From: Elusimicrobiota bacterium
Lineage (GTDB): Bacteria; Elusimicrobiota; Elusimicrobia; UBA1565; UBA9628
Reading direction: 5' to 3'
Assembly: GCA_016212825.1 (NCBI GenBank)
Contig: JACRDS010000143.1
Location: 1,712 to 65,711 of the forward strand
Length of the DNA: 64,000 nt
Shown: one piece after another, positions 27,065 through 35,919 of the stretch
Numbering within the stretch: position 1 is the first letter of the stretch
How the letters are laid out: each line of letters starts with the position of its first letter
Made by a program: the position numbers and the translations under genes
Notes under the pieces: generated by a model
Seen by the model: only the letters and a program-made list of their open reading frames with translations
What the model was told of the DNA's origin: nothing
The model's database searches: none

Positions 27065-27666
27065 AGCAGCCTCTGCCTCATCTTGCGCGTGGCGGCGAAC
27101 AGCGTCGACTTCACGGTCCCCTCGCTGATCCCGAGGACTCCGGCGACTTCATCCAGAGAATAGCCTTCCAGCCTCATGGCGGCGACCTCCCTCTCCCGCG
27201 GACTCAAAGCGGCCAGGGCCCGCTCCAAGTCCAGCTTCTTCTCCAGGACCCGCGTCTCATCCTCCCGCGGCCCGGCCCTGCGCACGCTCTCCTCCCAGGT
27301 GCCCCCCTCCGAGTCCCGGGGAGCGTCCAAGGACAGCCAGTTCGACATCCGCGCCCAGCGCAGCCGCGAACGCGCGACGTTGAGCGCGATCCGCGAGACC
27401 CAGGTCTTGAAGCTCGACCTCTCCTCGAACGATTCCAGCCGCATAAAGGCCCGCACGAAGGCCTGCTGAGCCGCGTCCTGCGCGGCGTCGAGGTCGTGCA
27501 GGACGCTGAGCAGGAACCCCGCCACGGCCTTCTGGTGCCGCGAGACGAGGACCCCGAAGGCTTCGGCGTCTCCGGCGCGCGCCCTGCGGACCAGCGCCTC
27601 GTCCGTCTCCATCAATTGGACGCTCGTCGGGGGAAGAAGGTTGGGGCCCGGGCCGTCGCGTTTCAT
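27061..27666 (-). CDS. ECF sigma-70 family factor
   Basis: ETDEALVRRARAGDAEAFGVLV, FKTWVSRIALNVARS, and region 4 LSPREREVAAMRLEGYSLDEVAGVLGISEGTVKSTL. Start at 27666 (ATGA overlap with the upstream barrel gene) or at METDE (27612). Confidence 0.88.
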   Translation of the reverse strand: MKRDGPGPNLLPPTSVQLMETDEALVRRARAGDAEAFGVLVSRHQKAVAGFLLSVLHDLDAAQDAAQQAFVRAFMRLESFEERSSFKTWVSRIALNVARSRLRWARMSNWLSLDAPRDSEGGTWEESVRRAGPREDETRVLEKKLDLERALAALSPREREVAAMRLEGYSLDEVAGVLGISEGTVKSTLFAATRKMRQRLL

Positions 27667-28574
27667 ATTCTGAGGGTGACGCCGAGACCGTAGTAGCTTT
27701 GGAGCCCGGCTCCGCCGCCCGGGTCGAAGAGCTCGCAGGTGCCCTTGACCTGGACCTTGGCCCACTTGGTCGCGAGGCTGAACGCATAGGCGCTCGTAGC
27801 CGGCCCGTCCTGTTTGTAGGTGGTCCGGCTGTATCGGAAGGAAGGCTTAAGCCTGGGCCAGGCGGTCCAGGAGCCCTTGATGCTGACGCTCGTCTCCGGG
27901 AAGCCGAACACGGCCGGATTGGCCCCGACGGTCCCGGACAACTCGGCGGCGCGCGCCAGCTCCGGCAGGGTGTCCGAGTAAAAGCTCCGCGTCAGCTGGG
28001 CATCAAGGTCGAGATCTCCCCATGCCGCCCCGCTGATGATGGAGATGTCCGTCTCTCCGGCGTCGATCGCGGCGGGCTCCCCCCCCGGCCCTGGAGGCCC
28101 CCCGGGACGGCCGCGGCCGGCGCGCGTGCGCGCCGCGACCAGCGCCGGCGCCGTCGAGTCTTCCTTGTGCGCGATGCGCCGGATCCCGCCGCCCAGGTCG
28201 ACGCGGGAGAGTCCGCCCCGCGGGTAGAACGAGTAGGTCGCGTCGGCGCCCACCGACTCGTTGCGGTAGCCCGCGACCTTGGGGGTGACCGAGAGCTCGG
28301 CTCCCGCGTCCCAGCGCTTGTCCGTGTAGCCGGCCCGCGCCGCGTAGGCCGTGGTGGCTTTGATCTCGTCGGAATGATAGGAGGCGAAGCTGGGCCTGAG
28401 ATAGGCTCCCTTCGCGCTCCCCACCTCGAAGAAGCCGGAGGTCGCCACATAGCTGGCCGGTCCGTAGAGCTGGTCTCCCCCCGCCTTCCAGGCGGCTGCG
28501 CCAGCCGACCCGGCCGCGGAGGCGAGGACCAGGGCGCCGGCCGCAAGCAGGGCCCCGGCCCGAGTGCCGGTCAT
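27663..28574 (-). CDS. putative outer-membrane beta-barrel protein
   Basis: 303 aa with a signal peptide. Alternating beta-strand pattern. One Gly/Pro/Arg-rich loop (RAGRGRPGGPPGPGGEP). First gene of the ECF operon. Confidence 0.55.
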   Translation of the reverse strand: MTGTRAGALLAAGALVLASAAGSAGAAAWKAGGDQLYGPASYVATSGFFEVGSAKGAYLRPSFASYHSDEIKATTAYAARAGYTDKRWDAGAELSVTPKVAGYRNESVGADATYSFYPRGGLSRVDLGGGIRRIAHKEDSTAPALVAARTRAGRGRPGGPPGPGGEPAAIDAGETDISIISGAAWGDLDLDAQLTRSFYSDTLPELARAAELSGTVGANPAVFGFPETSVSIKGSWTAWPRLKPSFRYSRTTYKQDGPATSAYAFSLATKWAKVQVKGTCELFDPGGGAGLQSYYGLGVTLRI

Positions 28575-28609
28575 GCCTAGAAGTTTAGCCGATGGGGCTC
28601 AAGTCCCAG

Positions 28610-29278
28610 TCAAGCGGCCGGGTCGGCCGACCCGGCCGCGGAAAAGCCGCGCGCCCGGAGCTGGCAGGAGTCGCAGCGGCCGCAGGGCCGCCGGCCGCCC
28701 GCGTAGCACGACCAGGTCAGCTCCAAAGGCACCTTGAGACGGCGGGCCAAGCGCACGATGCCGGCCTTGTCGAGCCTCTGCAGGGGAGCCAGAAGGGAAA
28801 GCCTCTTCCCCTCCGCCCCGCGCCGCGTGCCCAGCCGCGCCGTCTTCTGGAACGCCGCGTTGAACTCGGGCCGGCAGTCCGGATAGCCGGAGAAGTCCTG
28901 CGCGTTGCTGCCGATGACCACGGCCTCGGCCCCGGCCGCGTCGGCCAAAGACACCGCCAGGGCGAGGAACACCGTGTTGCGGCCCGGCACGTAGGTGGAG
29001 GGGATGGGCCCCTTGCCGATGCGCGAGGCCGGGAGCTCGGGCAGGCGCTTCTTCCTGTCCACCAGGGAGCTGGTCTTGAGCCAGGGCAGGTCCAGACGGA
29101 CCGAGACCCATTCCGCGCCTGCCCTGCGGGCCAAGGCCCGCGCCGCGGAGAGTTCGCGCGCGTGCCTCTGCCCGTAATGCGCGGTCAAGGCGACGGTCTT
29201 ATATCCCTTCTTCCGCGCCCAGTACAGGGCCGTGGCCGAGTCCAGGCCTCCGGAGAGAAGGACCACCGCCTTCTTCAA
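28610..29278 (-). CDS. queC: 7-cyano-7-deazaguanine synthase
   Basis: 222 aa. KKAVVLLSGGLDS PP-loop and a C-terminal zinc cluster C..........C..C..C. TTG start 1 nt after the preceding stop. Confidence 0.93.
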   Translation of the reverse strand: MKKAVVLLSGGLDSATALYWARKKGYKTVALTAHYGQRHARELSAARALARRAGAEWVSVRLDLPWLKTSSLVDRKKRLPELPASRIGKGPIPSTYVPGRNTVFLALAVSLADAAGAEAVVIGSNAQDFSGYPDCRPEFNAAFQKTARLGTRRGAEGKRLSLLAPLQRLDKAGIVRLARRLKVPLELTWSCYAGGRRPCGRCDSCQLRARGFSAAGSADPAA

Positions 29279-29279
29279 C

Positions 29280-30071
29280 CTACTTCACCCCCGCCGGCTT
29301 CACGGGGAACTTCCCCATCAGGGCCTCGCTGCAGATGCGCGCCAGCTCCGGAGTGGTCCGTTCCGCGTTCATGAGCCACTCGATATAGCCCGGCTCCTTG
29401 CGCGCCACCTCCTCCAAGGTCAAGGTCCGATGCTTGCCGAAGTTGAAGGCCGCCTTGCCGTTGCGCCAGACCAGCTTGCCCTGGCTGTCCACCGCGGCCG
29501 AGTCGCGCTGCTCGACGCAGAAGGCGGACAGGCCCGCCACGTCCTTGGGCAGCTCCGGGTAGCGCTCCAGCTGTGCGAAGAACACCTCGCTGGAGGCGCG
29601 CATGTCCGCCTCGGCGCGGTGCGCGTCCTCCAGGGCCTTGCCGCAGTAGAGCTTGTAGGCCGCGGTCAGGTTGCGCGGCTCCATGCGGTGGAAGATGGTC
29701 AGGGCGTCGACCAGCTGGCGGCTGGCCGTGGTGAAGGTGATGCCGGCGCGCTGGAACTCGGCCGTGAGCATGGGGATGTCGAAGCGCAGGATGCCGAAAC
29801 CGGCTAGGTCCGCGTCGCCTATGAAATCCAGCAGCTTGGGGGCCAGGGCCGCGAAGGTGGGCTGGCCCCTCACCATCTCGTTGGTGATGTGGTGCACGGC
29901 CGTGGCCTCGGGAGGGATGGGCATGCCCGGGTCCACGAGGGAGGAGAAGACCTCCTCCTGGCCGTCGGGCCCGCGCCGCAGGAAGGCCAGGTCCACGATG
30001 CGGTCGCGGTCCGGGGCCACCCCCGTGGTCTCCAGGTCGAAGAAAACGATGGGCTTGCGCAGGGTGATCAT
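29280..30071 (-). CDS. DnaQ-like 3'-5' exonuclease (DEDDh) with a C-terminal extension
   Basis: 263 aa. Exo I IVFFDLETTG, Exo II GFGILRFDIPML, Exo III DAHRAEADM. ATGA overlap with the upstream gene. Confidence 0.85.
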   Translation of the reverse strand: MITLRKPIVFFDLETTGVAPDRDRIVDLAFLRRGPDGQEEVFSSLVDPGMPIPPEATAVHHITNEMVRGQPTFAALAPKLLDFIGDADLAGFGILRFDIPMLTAEFQRAGITFTTASRQLVDALTIFHRMEPRNLTAAYKLYCGKALEDAHRAEADMRASSEVFFAQLERYPELPKDVAGLSAFCVEQRDSAAVDSQGKLVWRNGKAAFNFGKHRTLTLEEVARKEPGYIEWLMNAERTTPELARICSEALMGKFPVKPAGVK

Positions 30072-30775
30072 GGCTTGGGTGCCTCCGAAGTGACGGGACT
30101 GGTGCTGGGTTGGGGCGGGGCCTGGACCGGGGTCCAGGTCGTGGCGAAGGGACTCCAGACCGCCGCGGCGGCCGGCGCCGCCTTCGGCGGCGCCGGCGGC
30201 GCGGCCGTGATGGCGGGCCGGGCCGGAGCCGAGGAGAACTGCACGGCGGGGGCAGGAGCGGGGACGGAAGAGACGACGACGACCGGAGCCGCGGGGACCG
30301 GAGCGGAAGAGACCGCCGCCACCGGGGCCGGGACCTCGACCACGGGCCGCGGCGGGGGCGGCAGGCCGCGCGGCGGCTCGCCCCGGACCGGCGCGGTCGA
30401 GGAGAAGGCGCAGTCGAAGACCATGTGCATGTAGCGCGCCACGGTGAAGTGCTCGGCGCCCCGCGCCATGGTCGCGGCGATGTCGTCCTGAGAGTAGGGG
30501 ACGTCGGCGTCCTCCCGCTCGAACTCCTCGGTCACCACCGGCTTGAGCTTGCCGCAGACGCGGCGCATGAGCGCGCGGGCGGCGCGGCGCCGGCCCGCCA
30601 CGAACCAGCCCCAGCCGTCGAGGGAGTAGCGCACCTCGCCCCCCCCCAGGTCCACGTAGCCGATCTCCCTGATGGTCCCCTTGCGCGGTCTGGCCTTGCG
30701 CACGGTCTCGGCCACGCAGCCGGACAGGAGCAGGGCGAGCAGGGGGATGAGGGCGAGACGCGAGCAGGAGCCCAT
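30068..30775 (-). CDS. lipoprotein with a Pro/Ala/Val-rich C-terminal half
   Basis: 235 aa. Lipobox LLLSGC. Globular N-terminal ~130 aa followed by low-complexity PAPV repeats. Confidence 0.65.
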   Translation of the reverse strand: MGSCSRLALIPLLALLLSGCVAETVRKARPRKGTIREIGYVDLGGGEVRYSLDGWGWFVAGRRRAARALMRRVCGKLKPVVTEEFEREDADVPYSQDDIAATMARGAEHFTVARYMHMVFDCAFSSTAPVRGEPPRGLPPPPRPVVEVPAPVAAVSSAPVPAAPVVVVSSVPAPAPAVQFSSAPARPAITAAPPAPPKAAPAAAAVWSPFATTWTPVQAPPQPSTSPVTSEAPKP

Positions 30776-30776
30776 G

Positions 30777-32090
30777 TCATCCCCCCGCGAGCCGCTCGGC
30801 GCAGGCCTTCCCGTCCAACAAAGCCTCCTCCATGAAGGAGTACTTCCAGGCCCCGTAGCGGCCGATGGACTCCACCCTGCGCCGGCCCAGCTCCCGGAAG
30901 ATGACCTTCAGAGCCGGCTCGCGCTGGAAATCATACAGCACGTAGCCGCAGGGGATGGGCAGCCACTCCTTGACCAGTATCCGGTCGCCCCTCTCCAGCA
31001 CGCCGCAATCGCGCAGTCCGTCGAGCACTCGCCGCTCCAAGGCCTTCAGATCCACCCTCGCGCCGCCCGGGCGGGAGACCTCCACGTAGTAGGAGGAGGT
31101 CCCGGCCGGGGCGACCGCCGCGGAGAAGTTGCTGTAGGCGCCGACCCGGTAGAACGGGTAGCGCGGCTCCGGGAAATAGGTCCAGTGGCGGCCGGTGCGC
31201 TCCGGGCGGTCCAAGGCCAGGTTGAGGCACCAGACGCCGGCATGGCGCAGCCGCCTCCGCGCCGCGCGCAGCGCGGCCGGCCACGGGCCCGAGATGTCCA
31301 GGAACTCGGGCAAAGGCATGGTGTTGACCAGCCGTTCGAAGCGCACCTCGCCCAGGCCGCTGACCTGGGCCCGCCCCTCCTCCAGGTCCACGCGCGTCGC
31401 CCGGGCGCCGAGGCGCACCGTGCCCGGCTCCAGCCGCGCGGCCAAGGCGTCGGCCAAGGCCTGGCTGCCTCCCCGGCGGGGATAGCGGAAGACCGCGTTG
31501 TAGCCGAAACCCTTGGTCTGGTCCAGCAGCGCCCCGGCCAGCACCTCGCGGGGCTCGGGCGCGGGCACGAAACGGCCCTGCCAGTCCGCGGTCAGGCGCG
31601 TCAGAGGCAGCCCCCAGAGCTTGCGGTTGTAGGGGGACATAAAGTGCCGGCAGATGCCCGAGCCGAAGCGCCGCAGGCTCCAGGCCGCGAAGCTCGGGCG
31701 CGCTCCGAGCGGCCGGCCCGGGCGGTAGACCTGCTCTAGGAAGCCCGCCAGGCAGTCCGCCCTCACGGCCTCGGGCAGGCCGTAGGTGTTGGCCTGGAAA
31801 GGGTAGCGCGCGGCGCGGCCCCGCAGGTGTATCCAGGCGTCGCGCTCCAGGACCCGGAGGTTGCCGCGCAGCAGGGACAGGACAAGACTCCGGCCGTAAG
31901 GGGTGTGCAGATGCAGGAGGTGCCCGGTCTTGTCGAAGACGAAGCCCCGCCGCGAAGAGGACGCGGCCGTCCCCCCCACCCGGTCCTCACTCTCCACCAC
32001 CAGGGCGCGCCGCCCCCTCCGCTGCAGGTGGTAGGCGGTGGAAAGCCCCGCCAAGCCGCCCCCGAGAACCAGGACCGGGGTCCGGATCAA
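30777..32090 (-). CDS. FAD-dependent oxidoreductase, UDP-galactopyranose-mutase-like
   Basis: 437 aa. VLVLGGGLAGLS dinucleotide fold, SPYNRKLWG, FRYPRRGGSQAL, and C-terminal GRYGAWKYSFMEEALLDG as in Glf-type enzymes. TTG start in a TTGA overlap with the wecA-like stop. Confidence 0.7.
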   Translation of the reverse strand: MIRTPVLVLGGGLAGLSTAYHLQRRGRRALVVESEDRVGGTAASSSRRGFVFDKTGHLLHLHTPYGRSLVLSLLRGNLRVLERDAWIHLRGRAARYPFQANTYGLPEAVRADCLAGFLEQVYRPGRPLGARPSFAAWSLRRFGSGICRHFMSPYNRKLWGLPLTRLTADWQGRFVPAPEPREVLAGALLDQTKGFGYNAVFRYPRRGGSQALADALAARLEPGTVRLGARATRVDLEEGRAQVSGLGEVRFERLVNTMPLPEFLDISGPWPAALRAARRRLRHAGVWCLNLALDRPERTGRHWTYFPEPRYPFYRVGAYSNFSAAVAPAGTSSYYVEVSRPGGARVDLKALERRVLDGLRDCGVLERGDRILVKEWLPIPCGYVLYDFQREPALKVIFRELGRRRVESIGRYGAWKYSFMEEALLDGKACAERLAGG

Positions 32091-33139
32091 TGGATATCCA
32101 CCTGGGCCAGGGCGCGGCTGATCACCAGGACCTCGATGATGACCGCGGCGTAGATGCACAAGGCCAGGACGGCGGAGAGCTGGGTGACCAGGAAGGCCAA
32201 AAATCCCAGCAGGGCCGAGACCGCGGCCGAGATCGCCACGATGCGGCCGCGCGTGTAGCCCAGGCGCTCCAGGCGCAAGGCGAAGTGGTCCTTGGAGCCC
32301 AGGAAGGGCGAGTGCCCCTTGCGCAGGCGCAGGAACATGACGAAGAGGGTGTCGTACATGGGGACCAGGAGGATCAGCAGGGGCGCGAACACGCCGAAAT
32401 CGTTGATGTCGCTGTAGCGGGTGCCCAGCGAGGTCCCGGCCAGCAGGAAGCCCAAGGTCATGGCCCCGGAGTCGCCCATGAAGATCTTGCGCTTGGCGGA
32501 GATGTTCCAGGGGATGAAGCCCAAAGCCGCCCCGGCCAGGGCGGCGGAGGCGAAGTTGACGTAGAGCTCCTCGGAGGGCAGGGAGATCATGAGGAAGGCC
32601 AGCGCCGCCGTCATGGCCTGGCTGGAGCTCAGGCCGTCCATGATGTCGATGATGTTGAAGGCATTGGTGATGCCCACTACCCAGAGCAGGCTCAGCGCCG
32701 CCGCCAGGTAGTCCGGCTTCACGAAATTGATGCGGATGCCGAAGGTGAGCAGGCACAGGGCGGCCAGGCACTGCACCGCGAACTTGGGCTTGAAGTGCAG
32801 GCCCTGACCGCCACGGGGCTTCTTGAGGTCGTCGACCACCCCCATGACGAACACCAAGGCCCCGCCCACCATGAGGCCGCGCAGGCTGCGCAGGGTGCCG
32901 GTCGGGAAGCTCGTGAAGAAGCGCAGCAGAAGCAGGGTCGCGGCGTAGCTGGCGAATATGGCCACCCCGCCCAAGGACGGGGTGCTCACCTTATGGGTCT
33001 TGACCGCGGAGGAGGGTTCGTCCATCCAGCCGAAGCGCAGGGCCGCGGCGCGCACCAGCGGAGTGAGCAGGAACGAGAGCCCGGCCGCCGTGCCCACCGC
33101 GATGGCGTAGAGCTTCCAGTTGGCGGCCAGGATCTCCAT
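32087..33139 (-). CDS. polyprenyl-phosphate N-acetylhexosamine-1-phosphate transferase (MraY/WecA family, GT4)
   Basis: 350 aa, about 10 TM helices. DDL motif VVDDLK, NAFNIIDIMDGL, MGDSGA. Confidence 0.88.
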   Translation of the reverse strand: MEILAANWKLYAIAVGTAAGLSFLLTPLVRAAALRFGWMDEPSSAVKTHKVSTPSLGGVAIFASYAATLLLLRFFTSFPTGTLRSLRGLMVGGALVFVMGVVDDLKKPRGGQGLHFKPKFAVQCLAALCLLTFGIRINFVKPDYLAAALSLLWVVGITNAFNIIDIMDGLSSSQAMTAALAFLMISLPSEELYVNFASAALAGAALGFIPWNISAKRKIFMGDSGAMTLGFLLAGTSLGTRYSDINDFGVFAPLLILLVPMYDTLFVMFLRLRKGHSPFLGSKDHFALRLERLGYTRGRIVAISAAVSALLGFLAFLVTQLSAVLALCIYAAVIIEVLVISRALAQVDIH

Positions 33140-33142
33140 AGG

Positions 33143-35155
33143 CTAGCGGAGACGGTAAACGGCGCAGGCCGGGGCCTGGTGCTCCAGCGCCGCGAACCGG
33201 GGCTCCAGGCCCTGCCAGTTGGCCGCGCCCCGCGCGCTGAAGGGGTCCAGGTTGCTGGCGATCCGGCGCGCCTCCCCGGGCATCACTGCGACATGGGTGA
33301 ACCCCTCGCCCTTGAGCCGGGCGGCGTAGCCCCCGGGGCTGGCGGCTTCGTCGGCCCAAGCCCGCCAGCGGTTGGGCGCGTTGACCGTGGTGGCCAGGTT
33401 GTCCTGGCTCCAGTAGTAGGCGCGCTGCTCCCCCACGATGAGGATTCTATCATTTCGCCCGAGACGCTCCCGCGCCCAGGCCGCGCAGGGATAGTAGTCC
33501 AGGCGGCGGGAGAGGAACTCCTCGCGGGTCTCCAGGCCGGAGAGGACCGCGCCGCTGCCGAAGACCGCGTGCGCGTAGAGGAAGACCAGCACGTGCGTCG
33601 CGACCAGGACGCCCGCCCCGGCCGCCAGAAGGGGCCGGGCCCGGCCCTCCAGACGCGTCCACAGGGCGTGCAGGCCGTAGGCGGCCAGCAGGCATAGCAG
33701 CGGCGCCAGGGCGGTCAGGAAGCGTAGGACCACGCCGGTCGCGAACCAGCCCGCGAGGTAGAGGGCGCAGAAGCCCAGCAGCCACCGGGCCGTGCGGTTG
33801 CGCCGGCGCCAGCCGGCCCAGGCCGCCAGGGGCAGGGACCAGAACAGGAGCTCCCAGCCCATGTCGCCCAGCACGTCCATGCCCCCGCCGAAGCGCAGGC
33901 TGTTGCTCAGGAGCTGGACGGGCAGCTCCAGGAGCGCCTTGCCCCAGGCCCCGCCGTGGCGGTACTCCGAGAGCACCGAAAAGTAGCGCCGGGCGCTTTC
34001 CGCGGGCCAGCCCGCGGCCGTGGCCGGGAACCAGCCGTAAAGGAACGGGAAGACAGGGTCGCCCACGAAGAGGGCGTTTTTGACCAGCCAGGGCGAGAAC
34101 ACCAGCGCCGTCACTCCCGCGAACAGGGCCAGGTCCCCCGCGCGCTGCCGCCGCGCCGCCGGCGGCCCCAGGAGCCAGTCCTTGAGCAGGATGAGGGCCA
34201 GGCCGCCGGCCATGAGCCCGGCCGTGTACTTGGCGCCCAGGGCCAGGCCCGCGAAGACCGCCGAGAGCGCCAGCCAGGAGCGCGGGGCGCCCCCGCCCTC
34301 GCGCCGCCAGCGCCAGAACAGGAGCGCCGCCGCCGTGGTCCAGAGCATGACCAGCGGCTCGACGTAGGTCGTGGAGGCCAGCAGCATGACCCCCGTGTGC
34401 GTGGCCAAGAGCAGCGCGGCCAGCAGGCGCGCCGCCACAGGGATCTCCGCTCCGGCCATGGTCCAGATCCAGGCCACGCTCAGGGCCGCGGCCAGCCACA
34501 TGAAGAGCTGGGCCAGCAGGTCGCTGCGCAGGGCCAGGGCCAAAGTGAAGAGCATCTCCCCGTTCTGCGGGAAGTGCGCGTAGACGGACATGCCGGACGC
34601 GGTCAGCCCGCCGGCGCGCAGGTACGCGGCGGGCAGGGCCAGGTGGTAGACCAAAGAGTCGTACTGGTGGGGCGGCACCCAGGCCAGCCAGAAGGTCAGT
34701 CCCAGGGCCGCCAGGACGGCCGCGGCGGCCAGCGGATGCTCGCGCCACTCCTCCGGCGCGCGCAGCCCGGACAGGGCCGCGCGCAGCTCGGAGAATCCCG
34801 CCAGCCACAATCCGCCCAGGACCAGGGCGATGGAGAGCGGGCCCAGCACGCGGCCCGAGGCCAGGCCCAGCACCGCCAGGCTCAGCAGGCCCAGCCCCAA
34901 AGTCATGCCGACCACGGTCTTGGCCCCTTCCTCGGGACCGCGCAGGCCCAGCAGGCCGGCCGCGACCCGGCCGCTGCCCGCCGCGGTCCCCGCGACCAGG
35001 GCCAGGAGCGCGGAAGCGGCCAGGCCCTGGCGCGCCACGGGCCAGAAGAAGCCGGCGGCCGTGGCCAGGCCCAGGACCGCGGTGGCGGCCGCGTAGACCC
35101 CGCCCCAGCGCGCGGATTCCGGTGCGGAGGGGATGGGCGGGCCGGACGGGCTCAT
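33143..35155 (-). CDS. large polytopic membrane protein, candidate GT-C (ArnT/PMT-like) glycosyltransferase
   Basis: 670 aa from MSPSGPP (ATGA overlap with the GT2 stop). At least 12 hydrophobic helices followed by a soluble C-terminal domain of about 170 aa. The assignment rests on architecture only. Confidence 0.55.
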   Translation of the reverse strand: MSPSGPPIPSAPESARWGGVYAAATAVLGLATAAGFFWPVARQGLAASALLALVAGTAAGSGRVAAGLLGLRGPEEGAKTVVGMTLGLGLLSLAVLGLASGRVLGPLSIALVLGGLWLAGFSELRAALSGLRAPEEWREHPLAAAAVLAALGLTFWLAWVPPHQYDSLVYHLALPAAYLRAGGLTASGMSVYAHFPQNGEMLFTLALALRSDLLAQLFMWLAAALSVAWIWTMAGAEIPVAARLLAALLLATHTGVMLLASTTYVEPLVMLWTTAAALLFWRWRREGGGAPRSWLALSAVFAGLALGAKYTAGLMAGGLALILLKDWLLGPPAARRQRAGDLALFAGVTALVFSPWLVKNALFVGDPVFPFLYGWFPATAAGWPAESARRYFSVLSEYRHGGAWGKALLELPVQLLSNSLRFGGGMDVLGDMGWELLFWSLPLAAWAGWRRRNRTARWLLGFCALYLAGWFATGVVLRFLTALAPLLCLLAAYGLHALWTRLEGRARPLLAAGAGVLVATHVLVFLYAHAVFGSGAVLSGLETREEFLSRRLDYYPCAAWARERLGRNDRILIVGEQRAYYWSQDNLATTVNAPNRWRAWADEAASPGGYAARLKGEGFTHVAVMPGEARRIASNLDPFSARGAANWQGLEPRFAALEHQAPACAVYRLR

Positions 35156-35892
35156 CGCGTCTTGGGGCAGAGCCGAGCGGAGCGCACCAGGCCCAGGCGG
35201 TGCAGGACGTACTGCGCCAGGAGGACGAGCGTGGAGAGGCCGTAGACCATGCTGCGCTTGAAGCTGATGGAGGAGGCCTCCGGGAAGTAGCGCACGGCCA
35301 CGGGCACGTCGCCCATGCGGAAGCCCATGCAGGCGGCCTGGATGAGGAACTGCTGGTCGAAGACGAAATCGTCGGAGTTGAGCTCCCAGGGGATGGTCTC
35401 CAGGACCCGGCGCGAGTAGGCGCGCAGGCCGGAGTGCCACTCCCCGAGGTTCTGGCCGGTCATCATGTTCTCGACGATGGTTAGGAAGCGGTTGCTCAGA
35501 TACTTGTAGAAGGGCATGCCGCCCTCCAGGGCCTCCCAGCGCGTGCGGATGCGGTTGCCGCAGACCACGTCGCAGACCCCGGCCTTGATGAGCCCGGTCA
35601 TATGCGGGGCCAGGCGCGCGTCGTACTGGTAGTCGGGGTGGATCATGATGACGATGTCCGCCCCGCGCTTGAGGGCCTCGGTGTAGCAGGTCTTCTGGTT
35701 GCCTCCGTAGCCGCGGTTCTTGGGGTGCACGAAGACGGCCAGCCCCAGCCTGCGCGCCAGCTCCGCGGTGCCGTCCCGGGAGGCGTCGTCGACCAGGATG
35801 ACCTCGTCCACGCAGCCGGACGGGATGTCCCGGAGGGTCTTCTCCAGGGTCTTCTCCGCGTTGTAGGCCGGCAGGACCGCGATGGTCTTCAT
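35152..35892 (-). CDS. GT2 polyprenyl-phosphate glycosyltransferase (DPM1/ArnC-like)
   Basis: 246 aa. [31 protein letters not shown] (DxD-type). TAGAAT box 9 nt upstream of the ATG. Confidence 0.88.
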   Translation of the reverse strand: MKTIAVLPAYNAEKTLEKTLRDIPSGCVDEVILVDDASRDGTAELARRLGLAVFVHPKNRGYGGNQKTCYTEALKRGADIVIMIHPDYQYDARLAPHMTGLIKAGVCDVVCGNRIRTRWEALEGGMPFYKYLSNRFLTIVENMMTGQNLGEWHSGLRAYSRRVLETIPWELNSDDFVFDQQFLIQAACMGFRMGDVPVAVRYFPEASSISFKRSMVYGLSTLVLLAQYVLHRLGLVRSARLCPKTR

Positions 35893-35919
35893 TCCGGCGC
35901 TATTCTACCACTTCGCGCG

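Noticed and set aside
28610-30071. queC plus the adjacent exonuclease (and queE at 22460) as a Dpd-like 7-deazaguanine DNA-modification or defence system.
   Set aside because: No dpdA/tgt paralog, helicase, or dpdB-K-like genes are present. Both que genes are embedded in unrelated operons, so ordinary queuosine biosynthesis is the simpler reading.
30110-30420. A repetitive GC-rich stretch that might be a tandem repeat or CRISPR-like array.
   Set aside because: It is the Pro/Ala/Val-rich low-complexity C-terminal half of the lipoprotein gene (30068-30775). It has no regular repeat-spacer periodicity. I found no CRISPR-like arrays anywhere in the window.
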